From the IMG/VR virus record IMGVR_UViG_3300045988_076381: a stretch of DNA of 64,000 nt; one strand, 5' to 3'. This DNA is from a virus. A program made the position numbers and the translations under genes. The notes under the pieces were generated by a model. It saw only the letters and a program-made list of their open reading frames with translations. It made no database searches and had not been told where the DNA came from. Shown one piece after another: positions 35,681-45,996 of this stretch; position 1 is the stretch's first letter, and each line of letters begins with the position of its first letter.

Positions 35681-36046
35681 GTGTATAATAAAAATATCTA
35701 TGCACATCCTACTCCTATAACAGCAAGGGTAGAAGTAGTTGAGAAAGAAGAAGGATTATACAGTACGTATATATTTAAAGATTTAGATCTGGAAAATGAA
35801 TATTATATGATAACTAAATATCCAAATTGGAATCAAGGTCCTATAAATATCGGGGATATTGGATATGTTACTTATTATATAATAATCGCAGGAGTATCTA
35901 AATGGTATATTAATTCTGGAGAAAATGTAAAAGAAGTATATACTCCATATAATTATACTCATTTAGCTCTTGTTAAATTTATTAAAGATAATTCTAATAT
36001 AATTAAAAAAGATAAAGATAATAAACTTAAAATAAAAATTATTTAA
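35681..36046 (+). CDS. hypothetical protein (GTG start)
   Basis: 121-aa ORF. Confidence 0.4.
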   Translation: MYNKNIYAHPTPITARVEVVEKEEGLYSTYIFKDLDLENEYYMITKYPNWNQGPINIGDIGYVTYYIIIAGVSKWYINSGENVKEVYTPYNYTHLALVKFIKDNSNIIKKDKDNKLKIKII

Positions 36047-36058
36047 ACACATAAAGTT

Positions 36059-36919
36059 ATGACATTATTAAAAGAAAGACTATTAGAAGCACAAGAAAGA
36101 AAAGAGAATGATATTAAAAACTTTACATGGTTATATCCGAAAGATAGAGATAATGGAAATGTTCAGAATGAGGTTAAATTAGTCTCTTGTACTGAGGAAC
36201 AACTTAAAGGGTTCTATTCCCATTGTAATAAAATGTTATATAATGATTCCAAGGAGAATCCCGGAAGAGTTAATGTGTTAAAAATAATTCAGGACCAAAT
36301 TACAAAGATTGGAGTCGAGTTAATGCTTCGAGATTTCGAAGCTAAGAATGAGAATTTCGATAGATTCTCTTTCGCATTATCTATCGATGAATTCTTGGAA
36401 AAGAATAAAGATGTAGATCCCAAAGTTGCTACAATTAAGAACTTTATTAAAGTAGCTAGGAAATATGAAGATTTAACTTTACATTCTGTATATGAAGGAT
36501 GTATTGGGAAGTTGGGATTGTTTGAGAATCCTCATATCACTAAATCTTTTATTCTTAGAATGGGGCTATGGATGAGTAAAATGGCTGGAGATCATAAGAA
36601 ATTAAAAGAGTGGGCTGAATTAAATAAATTATCCAGCTTAAATCCTATGGATAAAGTATATAAATATTTAAGACTTAAAGAACATGATAAATTAAGATCT
36701 AATCCAACCGGATTAACTTTATCCCAGATAAAAGGGATGTTAGAAATTACTAACCATCCTAAAAAGTATAGTGAATTAACTACAGAACAGCTAACAACTC
36801 TTAGATATAGGGTATTATTAGACTTAAGAACTAGTGTAAGAAGTCATATCTCAAGATGGGAAACTTTAAAGCATCAGATTGAATTGGTTGCTGAATCCAA
36901 AGGATTTAAATTGCTTTAA
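36059..36919 (+). CDS. hypothetical protein
   Basis: 286-aa ATG ORF immediately upstream of the polymerase. Confidence 0.55.
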   Translation: MTLLKERLLEAQERKENDIKNFTWLYPKDRDNGNVQNEVKLVSCTEEQLKGFYSHCNKMLYNDSKENPGRVNVLKIIQDQITKIGVELMLRDFEAKNENFDRFSFALSIDEFLEKNKDVDPKVATIKNFIKVARKYEDLTLHSVYEGCIGKLGLFENPHITKSFILRMGLWMSKMAGDHKKLKEWAELNKLSSLNPMDKVYKYLRLKEHDKLRSNPTGLTLSQIKGMLEITNHPKKYSELTTEQLTTLRYRVLLDLRTSVRSHISRWETLKHQIELVAESKGFKLL

Positions 36920-36920
36920 A

Positions 36921-38852
36921 ATGGATTATGAAGTATACGATATAGAATGTTTATCAAATCTATTTACATATACTGGTTACGATTTAAATTCTAAAGAATA
37001 TTTTCAATTTGTAATACATGATTCTAAAAATGATTATGAGTTATTATATAATCATCTAAAAGGAAGAAAATTAGTTCAAATTGGATTTAATAATGAAGGA
37101 TATGATTATCCTGTAATACATCATTTATTAAATCATTATGATGAATATGTAACTAAATCTGGACATCTTCTCTCTCAATGTATTTATCAAAAATCTCAAG
37201 AAGTAATTATGATGGAATTTTCTGAGATTGCAGATAGAAATAAATTTATTCAACAAATAGATTTATATAAAATACATCATCTAAATAACAAAGCTCGAAT
37301 TTGTTCTCTCAAACAACTAGAGGTTTATATGCGAATGAGAAATGTAGAGGAAATGCCATTTAATCATACTCATTGGTGTTCAGAAGAGGATATTAAATCT
37401 ATTCTTTTATATAATCTTAATGATGTAAAAGCTACTACTTTATTCTTTTTTATGACAATTGGAAAAACTGATAATCCAATATATAAAGGAAAGGATAAAA
37501 TATCATTGAGATTAAATTTAAATAAAAAATATAAATTAGGATGTTTAAATTTCCCAGATGTTAAAATCGGAGAACAACTTATTCTTAAATTATATTGTGA
37601 TAAAACTGGATCTAGAAAATGGGATATAAAACAATTAAAATCTCCTAGAAATAGTATTAATTTAAAAGAATGTGTTCCGAAATGGGTAGCATTTAAAACT
37701 AAGGAATTTAATCAATTGTTAAATAAGATTAATTCTACGGTTATATCTAATACTAAAGGGGAATTTAATGAAAGTGTTATATTTCATAATATTAAAATGG
37801 AATATGGTACCGGAGGTTTACATTCTAATGCTGATCCCGGAATTTATAAATCTAACGATGAATGGATTATATATGATCAAGATGTTGGATCGCTATACCC
37901 CTCTTTAGCTGTTACATTAGGATTATATCCCGAACATTTAGGTAAAATCTTTACTGAAATTTATAATGAGATAGTAAGTACTAGATTAAAAGAAAAAAAG
38001 AAACCTAAAAAAGAAAGAGATATGGTTATTATGGAAGGATTCAAACTTGCTGCTAATGGAATTTACGGTAAGTCTGGAGAAGAGTCCTCTTTCTTATATG
38101 ATCCTTTATATACAATGAAAACAACAATTGCTGGACAATTATTTTTATCAATGTTTACTGAAAAATTAGTAAATGCTTGTCCAGAAATTAAATTTATACA
38201 ACATAATACTGATGGACTTACGTATTTAGTTAAAAGGTCACATTTATCTTTAGTTAAAGAAGTAACTAAAGAAATGGAAGACTTAACTGGATTATATATA
38301 GAAGATAATATGTACAATCTCTTAGTAATGAGGGATGTAAACAGTTACTTGGCTAGATACGAATCTGGAGATGTTAAATATAAAGGAATATTTGAAATAG
38401 ATTCCGAATGTTATAAAAATCCTTCGATGAGAATTGTACCTTTAGCTTTATCTAATTATTTCCTTAATAATATTCCAGTATCAGAAACTATATATAATCA
38501 TAAAGATATATTTGATTTTTGTATGTTACATAAATCAAATTCAAATTTTACAAGTTTTATGAGAAACGGAGAAGATATTATTAAATTAGATAGAATTACT
38601 AGATATTATATATCTAATAAAGGGTATGAATTAATAAAAATAAAATCTAATGGTAAAGATTTAAATTTATCTAAATTTAATCAAGGAGAAAATAGAATTA
38701 ATGTCGGATACAGAACTACATTATTTAATAAATATATAGAACTTCCTATTGATAAATATGATATAAATTATAAATTTTATATTAGAGAATGTAATAAAAT
38801 TATAGATATAATAGAACCAAAACAAATGGTATTTGATTTTTGGAAATTATAA
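36921..38852 (+). CDS. family B DNA polymerase with 3'-5' exonuclease domain
   Basis: ExoI YDIECL, ExoII NNEGYDYPV, ExoIII YNLNDVKAT, motif A DVGSLYPS, motif B KLAANGIYGKSG, motif C HNTDGL. The ATG at 36921 follows the upstream stop. Confidence 0.9.
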   Translation: MDYEVYDIECLSNLFTYTGYDLNSKEYFQFVIHDSKNDYELLYNHLKGRKLVQIGFNNEGYDYPVIHHLLNHYDEYVTKSGHLLSQCIYQKSQEVIMMEFSEIADRNKFIQQIDLYKIHHLNNKARICSLKQLEVYMRMRNVEEMPFNHTHWCSEEDIKSILLYNLNDVKATTLFFFMTIGKTDNPIYKGKDKISLRLNLNKKYKLGCLNFPDVKIGEQLILKLYCDKTGSRKWDIKQLKSPRNSINLKECVPKWVAFKTKEFNQLLNKINSTVISNTKGEFNESVIFHNIKMEYGTGGLHSNADPGIYKSNDEWIIYDQDVGSLYPSLAVTLGLYPEHLGKIFTEIYNEIVSTRLKEKKKPKKERDMVIMEGFKLAANGIYGKSGEESSFLYDPLYTMKTTIAGQLFLSMFTEKLVNACPEIKFIQHNTDGLTYLVKRSHLSLVKEVTKEMEDLTGLYIEDNMYNLLVMRDVNSYLARYESGDVKYKGIFEIDSECYKNPSMRIVPLALSNYFLNNIPVSETIYNHKDIFDFCMLHKSNSNFTSFMRNGEDIIKLDRITRYYISNKGYELIKIKSNGKDLNLSKFNQGENRINVGYRTTLFNKYIELPIDKYDINYKFYIRECNKIIDIIEPKQMVFDFWKL

Positions 38853-38860
38853 ATATTTGT

Positions 38861-39067
38861 ATGGTAACCAACGAAGAATTATCTCTTAAACTTGATCAAG
38901 TTCTTAGAAATCAGGAGGAATTAAAAACAATAGGATTAGTAACAATCCAAATTCTAAATAAATTTATAGAACATGAGAAAGGTCCAGAAGATTTTATCAG
39001 AAATATAATAGCTAATATAGCTGGAGATGAAATAGAATGGAATAGAAGAGGACAGTATATAAAATAA
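38861..39067 (+). CDS. hypothetical protein
   Basis: First ATG of track ORF 38840..39067. Confidence 0.45.
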   Translation: MVTNEELSLKLDQVLRNQEELKTIGLVTIQILNKFIEHEKGPEDFIRNIIANIAGDEIEWNRRGQYIK

Positions 39068-39073
39068 GTTAAT

Positions 39074-39325
39074 ATGATAGAGTTAAAAATACTTCCAAAA
39101 TTTTATGATGATATTATATATAAGGATAAGAGATTCGAAGTAAGAAATATTATAGATAGAACATTTAAACTCGGAGATCTAATTCTTTTAAGAGAATATT
39201 ACAAAGGAGAATATACTGATCGAGAATGTATTATAAAGATTATATATATTCTAAAAGATCCTGAATATTGTAAAGAAAATACATGTATCTTTGGATTTGA
39301 ATTAATTACCACTAATCACATATAA
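39074..39325 (+). CDS. ASCH/DUF3850-like PUA-fold protein
   Basis: KDKRFEVRNIIDRTFKLGDLILLREY pattern. Confidence 0.5.
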   Translation: MIELKILPKFYDDIIYKDKRFEVRNIIDRTFKLGDLILLREYYKGEYTDRECIIKIIYILKDPEYCKENTCIFGFELITTNHI

Positions 39326-40506
39326 TGAAAAAAGAAGATAGAATAAAAGAGTTAATAGAACTCTGGAGAAAAAATAATGGGAGAGGTAGAATAATTCTCC
39401 CTAATCAATTTGGGAAACAATTATTATTATCTAAAGTATTAGAGATTTTTTTAGATAAAAATCCTTCTTCTGAGGTATTTATTATAACTCAAAACTATTC
39501 TTCTTCTTATCAATGGAATATGTGGTTATATACTCAGAAGTTACATAATAAATGTAAAGCTTATAGTATTTCTTATATATTAAGTAATTTATCTACCTTT
39601 ACTAAATTCCCATTCTTGATAATTGATGATGTAACTAATGAGAAAAGTTTATACAGTATTTTAAAGATTCCTTATAAATTCTTATTATCTATAACTTCTT
39701 TTTACGATTTAAATTATTTAAAATCTCTTCCAATTGTTGGAGAAATTACTAAAGAGGAAGCAATATCTAATAAATGGATTAATAATTATAAAGAGTATAA
39801 AGTTATTATAAATGTAGATGATTTAGATTTATATAAAGAGCATGATCAGAAATTCTATAAATATATGAAATTATTTAACTATGATCTTACTCTAGCAATG
39901 AATTGTTTATCATCTAAAAAAGTAAGAGAGGAATTTAGTAAATTAAAAAATTGTAAAATCGAATTAGTTAATGCTTGTACTTTTGGAATTTATAGAGAGC
40001 TTAAATGGAGAAAAGATTTCGTATTTTTTCATCCGAAGAAAAGAGAATTAACTGAAAAGATTTTAGAATATAATAAATTTAAAAGAGTAATTATATTCTC
40101 TCCAACTATAGAAGAATCATATAAATATGGGGATATTCAGTATAATAGTAAATTATCTGATAAACAGAAATTTGAAGCACTAAAGTATATTAGATTTCCA
40201 AATCCGATATTAGTATCTGCTGTAAATGATATCTCTCATGAGATAAATGCACAATTTGATGTGGAGATTATTACATGTAATAATTCATCTAATATATTGA
40301 AAGAAAATAGATTAAAGTTAATAAAAGATGAGGGTAAAATTTTCACATTCGTCATCAAAAATACTATGGAAGAGGCTTGGTATAAATTAAGTACTTTAGA
40401 TAATGATTATATAACAATTACTGAAAAAATGCTACAAAGAGTTTTAGATGGTGAAGAAATTCTCGAAGAAAGAATAGAAGGACCAGAAATGATTTTTAAT
40501 TATTAA
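39325..40506 (+). CDS. putative SF2 helicase-like protein (degenerate motifs)
   Basis: LPNQFGKQ (P-loop-like) and LIIDDV (Walker-B-like) in a replication-module context. Confidence 0.35.
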   Translation: MKKEDRIKELIELWRKNNGRGRIILPNQFGKQLLLSKVLEIFLDKNPSSEVFIITQNYSSSYQWNMWLYTQKLHNKCKAYSISYILSNLSTFTKFPFLIIDDVTNEKSLYSILKIPYKFLLSITSFYDLNYLKSLPIVGEITKEEAISNKWINNYKEYKVIINVDDLDLYKEHDQKFYKYMKLFNYDLTLAMNCLSSKKVREEFSKLKNCKIELVNACTFGIYRELKWRKDFVFFHPKKRELTEKILEYNKFKRVIIFSPTIEESYKYGDIQYNSKLSDKQKFEALKYIRFPNPILVSAVNDISHEINAQFDVEIITCNNSSNILKENRLKLIKDEGKIFTFVIKNTMEEAWYKLSTLDNDYITITEKMLQRVLDGEEILEERIEGPEMIFNY

Positions 40507-40508
40507 TT

Positions 40509-40901
40509 ATGGAAGATTTATCCCCAAAAGTAGTATTAAAGAATTTATTGAGATTAGATCCTCATAAATTCTCATTGGAAGATGATGGTGAGAGATTTGT
40601 ATTAAAAACATCTTCTTCTGATATTACAAAGTATATTATTAGTTTTTATAAAAAGACTAATGTAATCTTTTTTACAATCTCTAAAAATGTACAGACTTTT
40701 AGTTACATGATTATAGAACAGGATATTGCAAAAAAGATACGTACTTTGATAGATACTATAGAACTAAGTGTCTTAGCTACTAGTTTATGTGAAATACTTG
40801 ATATTCTCGATGAAAATGACAAAGCGGAAGAATCATCCACGAAAATATGTGAGGCATGTGGATTTCCTATAGATGTAACTACATATACTAAAAATGGATG
40901 A
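40509..40901 (+). CDS. hypothetical protein
   Basis: 130-aa ATG ORF. Confidence 0.5.
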   Translation: MEDLSPKVVLKNLLRLDPHKFSLEDDGERFVLKTSSSDITKYIISFYKKTNVIFFTISKNVQTFSYMIIEQDIAKKIRTLIDTIELSVLATSLCEILDILDENDKAEESSTKICEACGFPIDVTTYTKNG

Positions 40902-40939
40902 GTACGTACTAGATGTAAAAATTGTAAAATTTAAATATT

Positions 40940-41203
40940 ATGCCATATTATAAAATATTAATGAATGTACCATGTACACAAGTTAAAGAAATTGAAGTAT
41001 ATGCCGAATCAAAAGATGAGATTAAGGAGCTTTTCAAATATGATATGTGTATAGATAGAGATCCTAAACAAGGAGAATTTGGGGATATTGCATATTATAA
41101 TTGTATAGAAGATCTTGTAGAGATATCTACTACCGTAGATACATACTATGATGAACCAGTTATATATGAGGATCTTGAATCTATAACAGAAATTTCAGAT
41201 TGA
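40940..41203 (+). CDS. hypothetical protein (tandem paralogue A)
   Basis: MPYYKILMNVPC...VYAESKDEIKELF. Confidence 0.5.
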   Translation: MPYYKILMNVPCTQVKEIEVYAESKDEIKELFKYDMCIDRDPKQGEFGDIAYYNCIEDLVEISTTVDTYYDEPVIYEDLESITEISD

Positions 41204-41206
41204 TTT

Positions 41207-41458
41207 ATGCCATATTACGATATATCGTTAACCATTCCTTGTGATGTAAAAGTCTCAACTACTGTGTATGCAGAGTCCGAAGAAGAAATTAAATGTTTCA
41301 TAAATAAGGGCTATATAAATAGAAATGCTACAAATATAATTGAAGATATTGGTAACTTTTATAATGCTTATGATTTAGTTGAGCTTGCTAATATAGTTGA
41401 TATAGAACCAAACGCAATTGGAGAACAATATATAGATCTTATAGAAGAATTAAACTAA
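41207..41458 (+). CDS. hypothetical protein (tandem paralogue B)
   Basis: MPYYDISLTIPC...VYAESEEEIKCFI. Confidence 0.5.
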   Translation: MPYYDISLTIPCDVKVSTTVYAESEEEIKCFINKGYINRNATNIIEDIGNFYNAYDLVELANIVDIEPNAIGEQYIDLIEELN

Positions 41459-41505
41459 CACTATTCCATTCACGTAACATCTAATAAACTAGAATTAACC
41501 GTGCT

Positions 41506-41540
41506 TGTTTGTGTTATATTGTATAACAATATAAACAAAC
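41506..41540. promoter_or_regulatory. imperfect 14-bp inverted repeat upstream of the replication genes
   Basis: gtttgtGttatattg - tataa - caatataaacaaac (one bulged base). Confidence 0.4.
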
Positions 41541-41544
41541 ATTA

Positions 41545-42201
41545 ATGGAAAAAATCTCAATCTCATTAGATCGTGAATTAGATCTAATGACACAATATAA
41601 TCTATCAGCCGAGGAATGGTGGATTATACAATTATTATTTCTCGCTCAATATCCTGAGGGAAGGATAGATCCTTTAGAACGATATAGTAAAATTATAGGT
41701 GGATTTAAATATGATATAATTGAATCTCTCCAATCTAAAGGAGTATTAAAAAAGATGAATATTAAAAAAGGAGATCATTTTGAGATAGATGATTTACAGT
41801 TTAATTATGTAAAAGGTGAAGATAAGAAAACATATCCATTAGATATTCCATTCACTGCTAATTTTATTAAGTCTTATTTAAAACATTCTGGGGAATTAGG
41901 GAAGGAATTGTTCCTAGAATACCCAAGTTTTATATACATTAATAATTCTCCTGTAAATGCTCGTAGTATAACGACTGGGAATCATTTCGGATCTATGGAA
42001 GATTTCTTTTTCTTTTACGGAAAGACTATAAAATGGAATCCAACATTACATAGAGAAATAATTGACCTGCTACAATGGGGAAAAGAAAATGATATGATAA
42101 AAATGGGGATTTCTACATTCGTTATTAACCAATCATGGATTGCTTTAAAAGAGGCTAGGGATAAGGGTATGGGATCGGTGGATATAAATACTCTTATATG
42201 A
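41545..42201 (+). CDS. hypothetical protein (possible replication organiser by position only)
   Basis: 218-aa ORF with ATGA overlap with the helicase gene. Confidence 0.5.
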   Translation: MEKISISLDRELDLMTQYNLSAEEWWIIQLLFLAQYPEGRIDPLERYSKIIGGFKYDIIESLQSKGVLKKMNIKKGDHFEIDDLQFNYVKGEDKKTYPLDIPFTANFIKSYLKHSGELGKELFLEYPSFIYINNSPVNARSITTGNHFGSMEDFFFFYGKTIKWNPTLHREIIDLLQWGKENDMIKMGISTFVINQSWIALKEARDKGMGSVDINTLI

Positions 42202-42344
42202 ATTTAATTGATTCTTTTTATCAAAAAGTAGAAGAAGGGAAGAAAGGGAATAATATGGGTATACCATCCGGATTTCCTAAATTGGATAAGTATATATATG
42301 GTATACAAAGAAGGTTTATGAGCACAGTTATTGCCGATTCGGGT
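42198..42344 (+). CDS. DnaB-like SF4 replicative helicase, exon 1 of 2
   Basis: Ends ...VIADSG, the first half of the Walker A motif. Confidence 0.75.
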
Positions 42345-42657
42345 AAATTAAGTGCCCCTATTTAATACAAATAAATAGAAAACCATTTGAATTGCTAGGA
42401 ACTCGCGAAGATTTAGTAACTAAAACATCAGAAGAAATTCTAAATGTAAATGTTAAAAATACTAAATTATGTGATAATTAGCAGCTAAGCTCCTAAGGAT
42501 GTAATCTATGGAGAAAGTTCAACGACTATCTCGAAAGAGAGTAGGGCTAAGTAGCTCGAAGCGGATGGTATAATATTTTAATATTATAATGAAATAGTCT
42601 AATCTTACACGAAAGTGTAAGAGTATATATGGAAACGATATATACGTAATATAATTG
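42345..42657 (+). mobile_element. group I intron (family A), ORF-less
   Basis: gttcaacgacta at 42517 (classical R element), gaaatagtc at 42591 (S-like), gccc 11 nt in can pair with exonic gggU, and a terminal G. Removal gives ADSG-AGKSS. Confidence 0.75.
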
Positions 42658-43638
42658 GCAGGTAAGAGTTCTGTGGCCATATTCATGTATATCTATAAAC
42701 CTTTAGTTTATTCCTTAGAACATCCAGAGATACCTGTAAATATTCTCGCATTAAGCTTTGAAATGTCAAAAGAAGTACTTCTCGCTAAACTTCTCTCTCT
42801 TTATATCCTTGATAAATATCATATTGATATTAGTTATTCTGAAATATTCTCATTAGATAAACCTGTTTCAAACGATAAACTTAAATACATCTACGATGCT
42901 AGGGATTGGTTAACTAAAGTAGATGATAAATTAACCATCTACGATACTCCTTTAAATTCCACTGGAGTATATAATATCCTCAGAGCATGGGCTGGATATT
43001 TTGGGAAGTTTGAAACAGACGATAATGGTGAGAGGTATATAAAGAATGATAGAAATCAATATTTAATAGCAGTATTAGACCATTGTAAGTTATTAAAGAA
43101 TAATGGTTCCGGAATTAAGCATGAAATAGATGAAACAGCTAAACATTTTATTTATTACCGTAATCTGTGTGATATGACAATATGCGCTGTTCAACAAGCT
43201 AATAGACAATTTAAATCTATGGATAGAAGAAATTCCGAACATAATTATCTCGAATTACAAGATGCTCAGGATACTGCGGACATGACACAAGCATCAGAAA
43301 TTGTTATTGGTGTCTATCATCCATTCAGAGAGAAGAAGGCTAAGTGTGAAGGGTTTGATATTAAGAAATTACGAGATAACTTTAGGTTGATCCAATTGCT
43401 TAAAGGACGATTTGGACAGTCTGATGTTGTTGAGGGTTGTATTTTCCAAGGAAGTATAGGATATTTTAAAGAATTAGATCCTCCCGAAGATGGAAAGAGA
43501 TTTGATTACGGTAGAGTTCTGAGAATGGATTATTTATTCGAAGAATTTGATAATCAACAAAAGAAAAAAGAAGAGTTAGATAGAGTTATTAAAGAAGATG
43601 AAGAAGATGAAGTACTTGAATTTAATTTTAATGTATAA
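42658..43638 (+). CDS. DnaB-like SF4 replicative helicase, exon 2 of 2
   Basis: AGKSS (Walker A), SFEMS (H1a), AVLDHCKLL (H2), QQANRQ (H3). Confidence 0.8.
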   Translation, partial: AGKSSVAIFMYIYKPLVYSLEHPEIPVNILALSFEMSKEVLLAKLLSLYILDKYHIDISYSEIFSLDKPVSNDKLKYIYDARDWLTKVDDKLTIYDTPLNSTGVYNILRAWAGYFGKFETDDNGERYIKNDRNQYLIAVLDHCKLLKNNGSGIKHEIDETAKHFIYYRNLCDMTICAVQQANRQFKSMDRRNSEHNYLELQDAQDTADMTQASEIVIGVYHPFREKKAKCEGFDIKKLRDNFRLIQLLKGRFGQSDVVEGCIFQGSIGYFKELDPPEDGKRFDYGRVLRMDYLFEEFDNQQKKKEELDRVIKEDEEDEVLEFNFNV

Positions 43639-43725
43639 ATGGCTATAGTATTACCAACAAGTAAAATACAACCAACAGAAACTGAACCTAGGGTATTAGT
43701 TATATTCTCGAAGCCAAAGAGTGGT
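43639..43725 (+). CDS. Sak4/AAA_24-like ATPase, exon 1 of 2
   Basis: MAIVLPTS...RVLVIFSKPKSG ends in the middle of the Walker A motif. Confidence 0.7.
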
Positions 43726-43765
43726 AAATTTTATTAAAATATTTGGATAAGTAAAATTTTATGGA

Positions 43766-43773
43766 TATCTTTG
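43766..43773 (+). promoter_or_regulatory. -7 box TAtcTTTG, with TTTG 20 nt upstream, inside the intron
   Basis: TTTG at 43742-43745 and TAtcTTTG at 43766, 29 nt upstream of ATG 43802. Confidence 0.5.
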
Positions 43774-43801
43774 TAATTATTATTAATACAAATATATAAT
43801 T

Positions 43802-45025
43802 ATGAAGAATAAAATTTTACAACTAAGTAAGAATTGTAATAGTCTAGAAATAGCTAGAATACTATCATTATCTCTAAATGAAGTAGAAAAAGTTTTAATT
43901 GATGAATATTTTCAAAAGAAATGGAAGATATCTAAAAAGGATCTTGAAGAATTAGCTGCAAGAATCTATAATGAATCTCCAACTCTACTATCAGATGAAT
44001 TTAATATATCAGAAGTAACATTAAAAAAATATTTAGCAGATTGCAAATTGTTTAATACTAAGAAAAATGTTATCTATGTTCAAAAATCAGAGGAAGAAAT
44101 TGAAAAATTAGTTCCGGATATAGTTTTAGATTATAATAACCAATTATCTATTGCACAATTAATGGTTAAATATAAGTTATCTAAAGATAAAGTTAAAGAA
44201 ATTTTACATAATAATGAAATTTCAACCGGAAAAGTGACCTGTAATGAACATATATTTGATATAATTGATTCGGAAGAAAAGGCATATTGGCTAGGGTTCC
44301 TATATGCAGATGGAGCAGTGGGGAGTGCTGATAATACTATTGAATTAGCATTAAAACTTTTGGATTGTAAACATCTATATAAATTCAAAACTTTTATAGA
44401 AGCCAAAAGGGATATAAAAATAGAAACTAGTAAAGTTAAAAGATGCAGATTCTCTGTAAGTAGTAAACATTTAAAGTCACAACTTATTAAATTAGGTTGT
44501 ACTCCTCAAAAGTCCTTAACTCTTAAATTTCCAACTAAAGAACAAGTTCCAGATGACTATATCATTCCATTTATAAGAGGGTATTATGATGGAGATGGAA
44601 TATTAACATATAGTTGTTCTACCACTGGTAGAACAGTTTTAGCTACTGGTATGTTGGGAACTGAAAATTTTTTAACTGGAGTTTTAAGTAAGTTTAAGTA
44701 TCCATTACATTCTATTTTGCGTTTAGCTAGTTTGGAAGGATCAAGCGAATGTAAACAAGTAAATTGGTCAAAAACTGATTCTGAGGAGTTTTTAAATACT
44801 ATTTACAAAGATGCTACAATTTTTTTGGATAGAAAATATTTACGATACAAATATTTTAAAGACAATGGATTTGCCGTCCAAAAAAGTAATTTTTTGGATA
44901 ATGACAGAGCAATATCGGAAGAGTCTAAACAATGGATTAATCAGTATTTTAGTATAGATATTGATTCCTTATTGCATGATAATTCCGAGATAAATATAGA
45001 AAGTAACGATTCTATATCATCGTAA
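43802..45025 (+). CDS. intron-encoded LAGLIDADG homing endonuclease (double-motif)
   Basis: YWLGFLYADGAV and FIRGYYDGDGIL. The stop codon lies inside the conserved intron block tcgTAAcgcg. Confidence 0.85.
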   Translation: MKNKILQLSKNCNSLEIARILSLSLNEVEKVLIDEYFQKKWKISKKDLEELAARIYNESPTLLSDEFNISEVTLKKYLADCKLFNTKKNVIYVQKSEEEIEKLVPDIVLDYNNQLSIAQLMVKYKLSKDKVKEILHNNEISTGKVTCNEHIFDIIDSEEKAYWLGFLYADGAVGSADNTIELALKLLDCKHLYKFKTFIEAKRDIKIETSKVKRCRFSVSSKHLKSQLIKLGCTPQKSLTLKFPTKEQVPDDYIIPFIRGYYDGDGILTYSCSTTGRTVLATGMLGTENFLTGVLSKFKYPLHSILRLASLEGSSECKQVNWSKTDSEEFLNTIYKDATIFLDRKYLRYKYFKDNGFAVQKSNFLDNDRAISEESKQWINQYFSIDIDSLLHDNSEINIESNDSISS

Positions 45026-45203
45026 CGCGTAGGTGTTGAAACTGTATTTATTTAAATACAGAATAAAATATACCCAAGAGTGCTCTGCTCCTATTTAATA
45101 GGATGAAAAAGTACGCTAAACTGGATCAGAAATAACTGATCGATAATCAATGAGGGAAACCTCCAGAACTAAAAGATAAAAAGCTTTTAGGATAATATAA
45201 TTG

Positions 45204-45995
45204 AAATCAACGGCTTTAAGCCTATTAGATAATAACTTAATACTAGATACAGAAAAGGGAACAGCGTATATTGAAGCATTAAAAGTAGATATTTCTTCAG
45301 TTAAAGATATATTAGAAGTATGTAAACAAGTTAAGGCAGCAGGATATCCTTATAAATATATAACTCTAGATACTTTAACTTCTTTAGAGGAAATTCTACA
45401 ACCGTATGCTTTAAATCTATGGAAGAAATCTAACGCATATAATCCAGAAAAGAATCCAGAACAACTAAAAGTAACTGATGTATATAGTTTACCTTTTGGG
45501 TTAGGCCAAAAGTATATGAGAGATTCATATTTAGCAGTAATCGGATTATTACAACAAGTATGTAAAAGAATTATTCTAGTATGTCATTCAAAAGATGCGA
45601 AAATAAATGAAAATGAATTAACTATAAAAGATATTGATTTAGCTGGAAAATTATCTGATATTATTGCATCTAGATATGATGGAGCTGGATATTTATATAG
45701 GGATATAAATGATAATACTATTATTACTTTTGATATAAAACAGCTTGCAGCAGAATGTAAATGTAGAGTTCCTAGATTAGATGGTAAGAAGTTTGTATTA
45801 ATCGAGAATCGAAATGGGGAATTAATACCTCATTGGGATCGTATTTATTCTTCCGAACCTTATAGTGGAGAAGATGTAGTTACTACTCCCCAGATTAATG
45901 TTACAGATATTTTAGATAAGGAAGATCAATCTGAAAATTCTAACATATCTGAAGAGGAATCTGAAGTAGATAAACTTTCAAATATAGAATTATAA
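45204..45995 (+). CDS. Sak4/AAA_24-like ATPase, exon 2 of 2
   Basis: KSTALSLLDNNLILDTEKG...ITLDTLTSLEE...; acidic C-terminus. Confidence 0.7.
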   Translation, partial: KSTALSLLDNNLILDTEKGTAYIEALKVDISSVKDILEVCKQVKAAGYPYKYITLDTLTSLEEILQPYALNLWKKSNAYNPEKNPEQLKVTDVYSLPFGLGQKYMRDSYLAVIGLLQQVCKRIILVCHSKDAKINENELTIKDIDLAGKLSDIIASRYDGAGYLYRDINDNTIITFDIKQLAAECKCRVPRLDGKKFVLIENRNGELIPHWDRIYSSEPYSGEDVVTTPQINVTDILDKEDQSENSNISEEESEVDKLSNIEL

Positions 45996-45996
45996 A

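Larger units (their letters stand above)
43726..45203 (+). mobile_element. group I intron (family B) carrying a LAGLIDADG endonuclease gene
   Basis: Blocks gtaacgcgtaggtgttgaaact (45022), agaataaaatatacccaagagtg (45060), gtacgct and the 3' end ...ataatataattg. Removal gives KPKSG-KSTAL. Confidence 0.75.
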
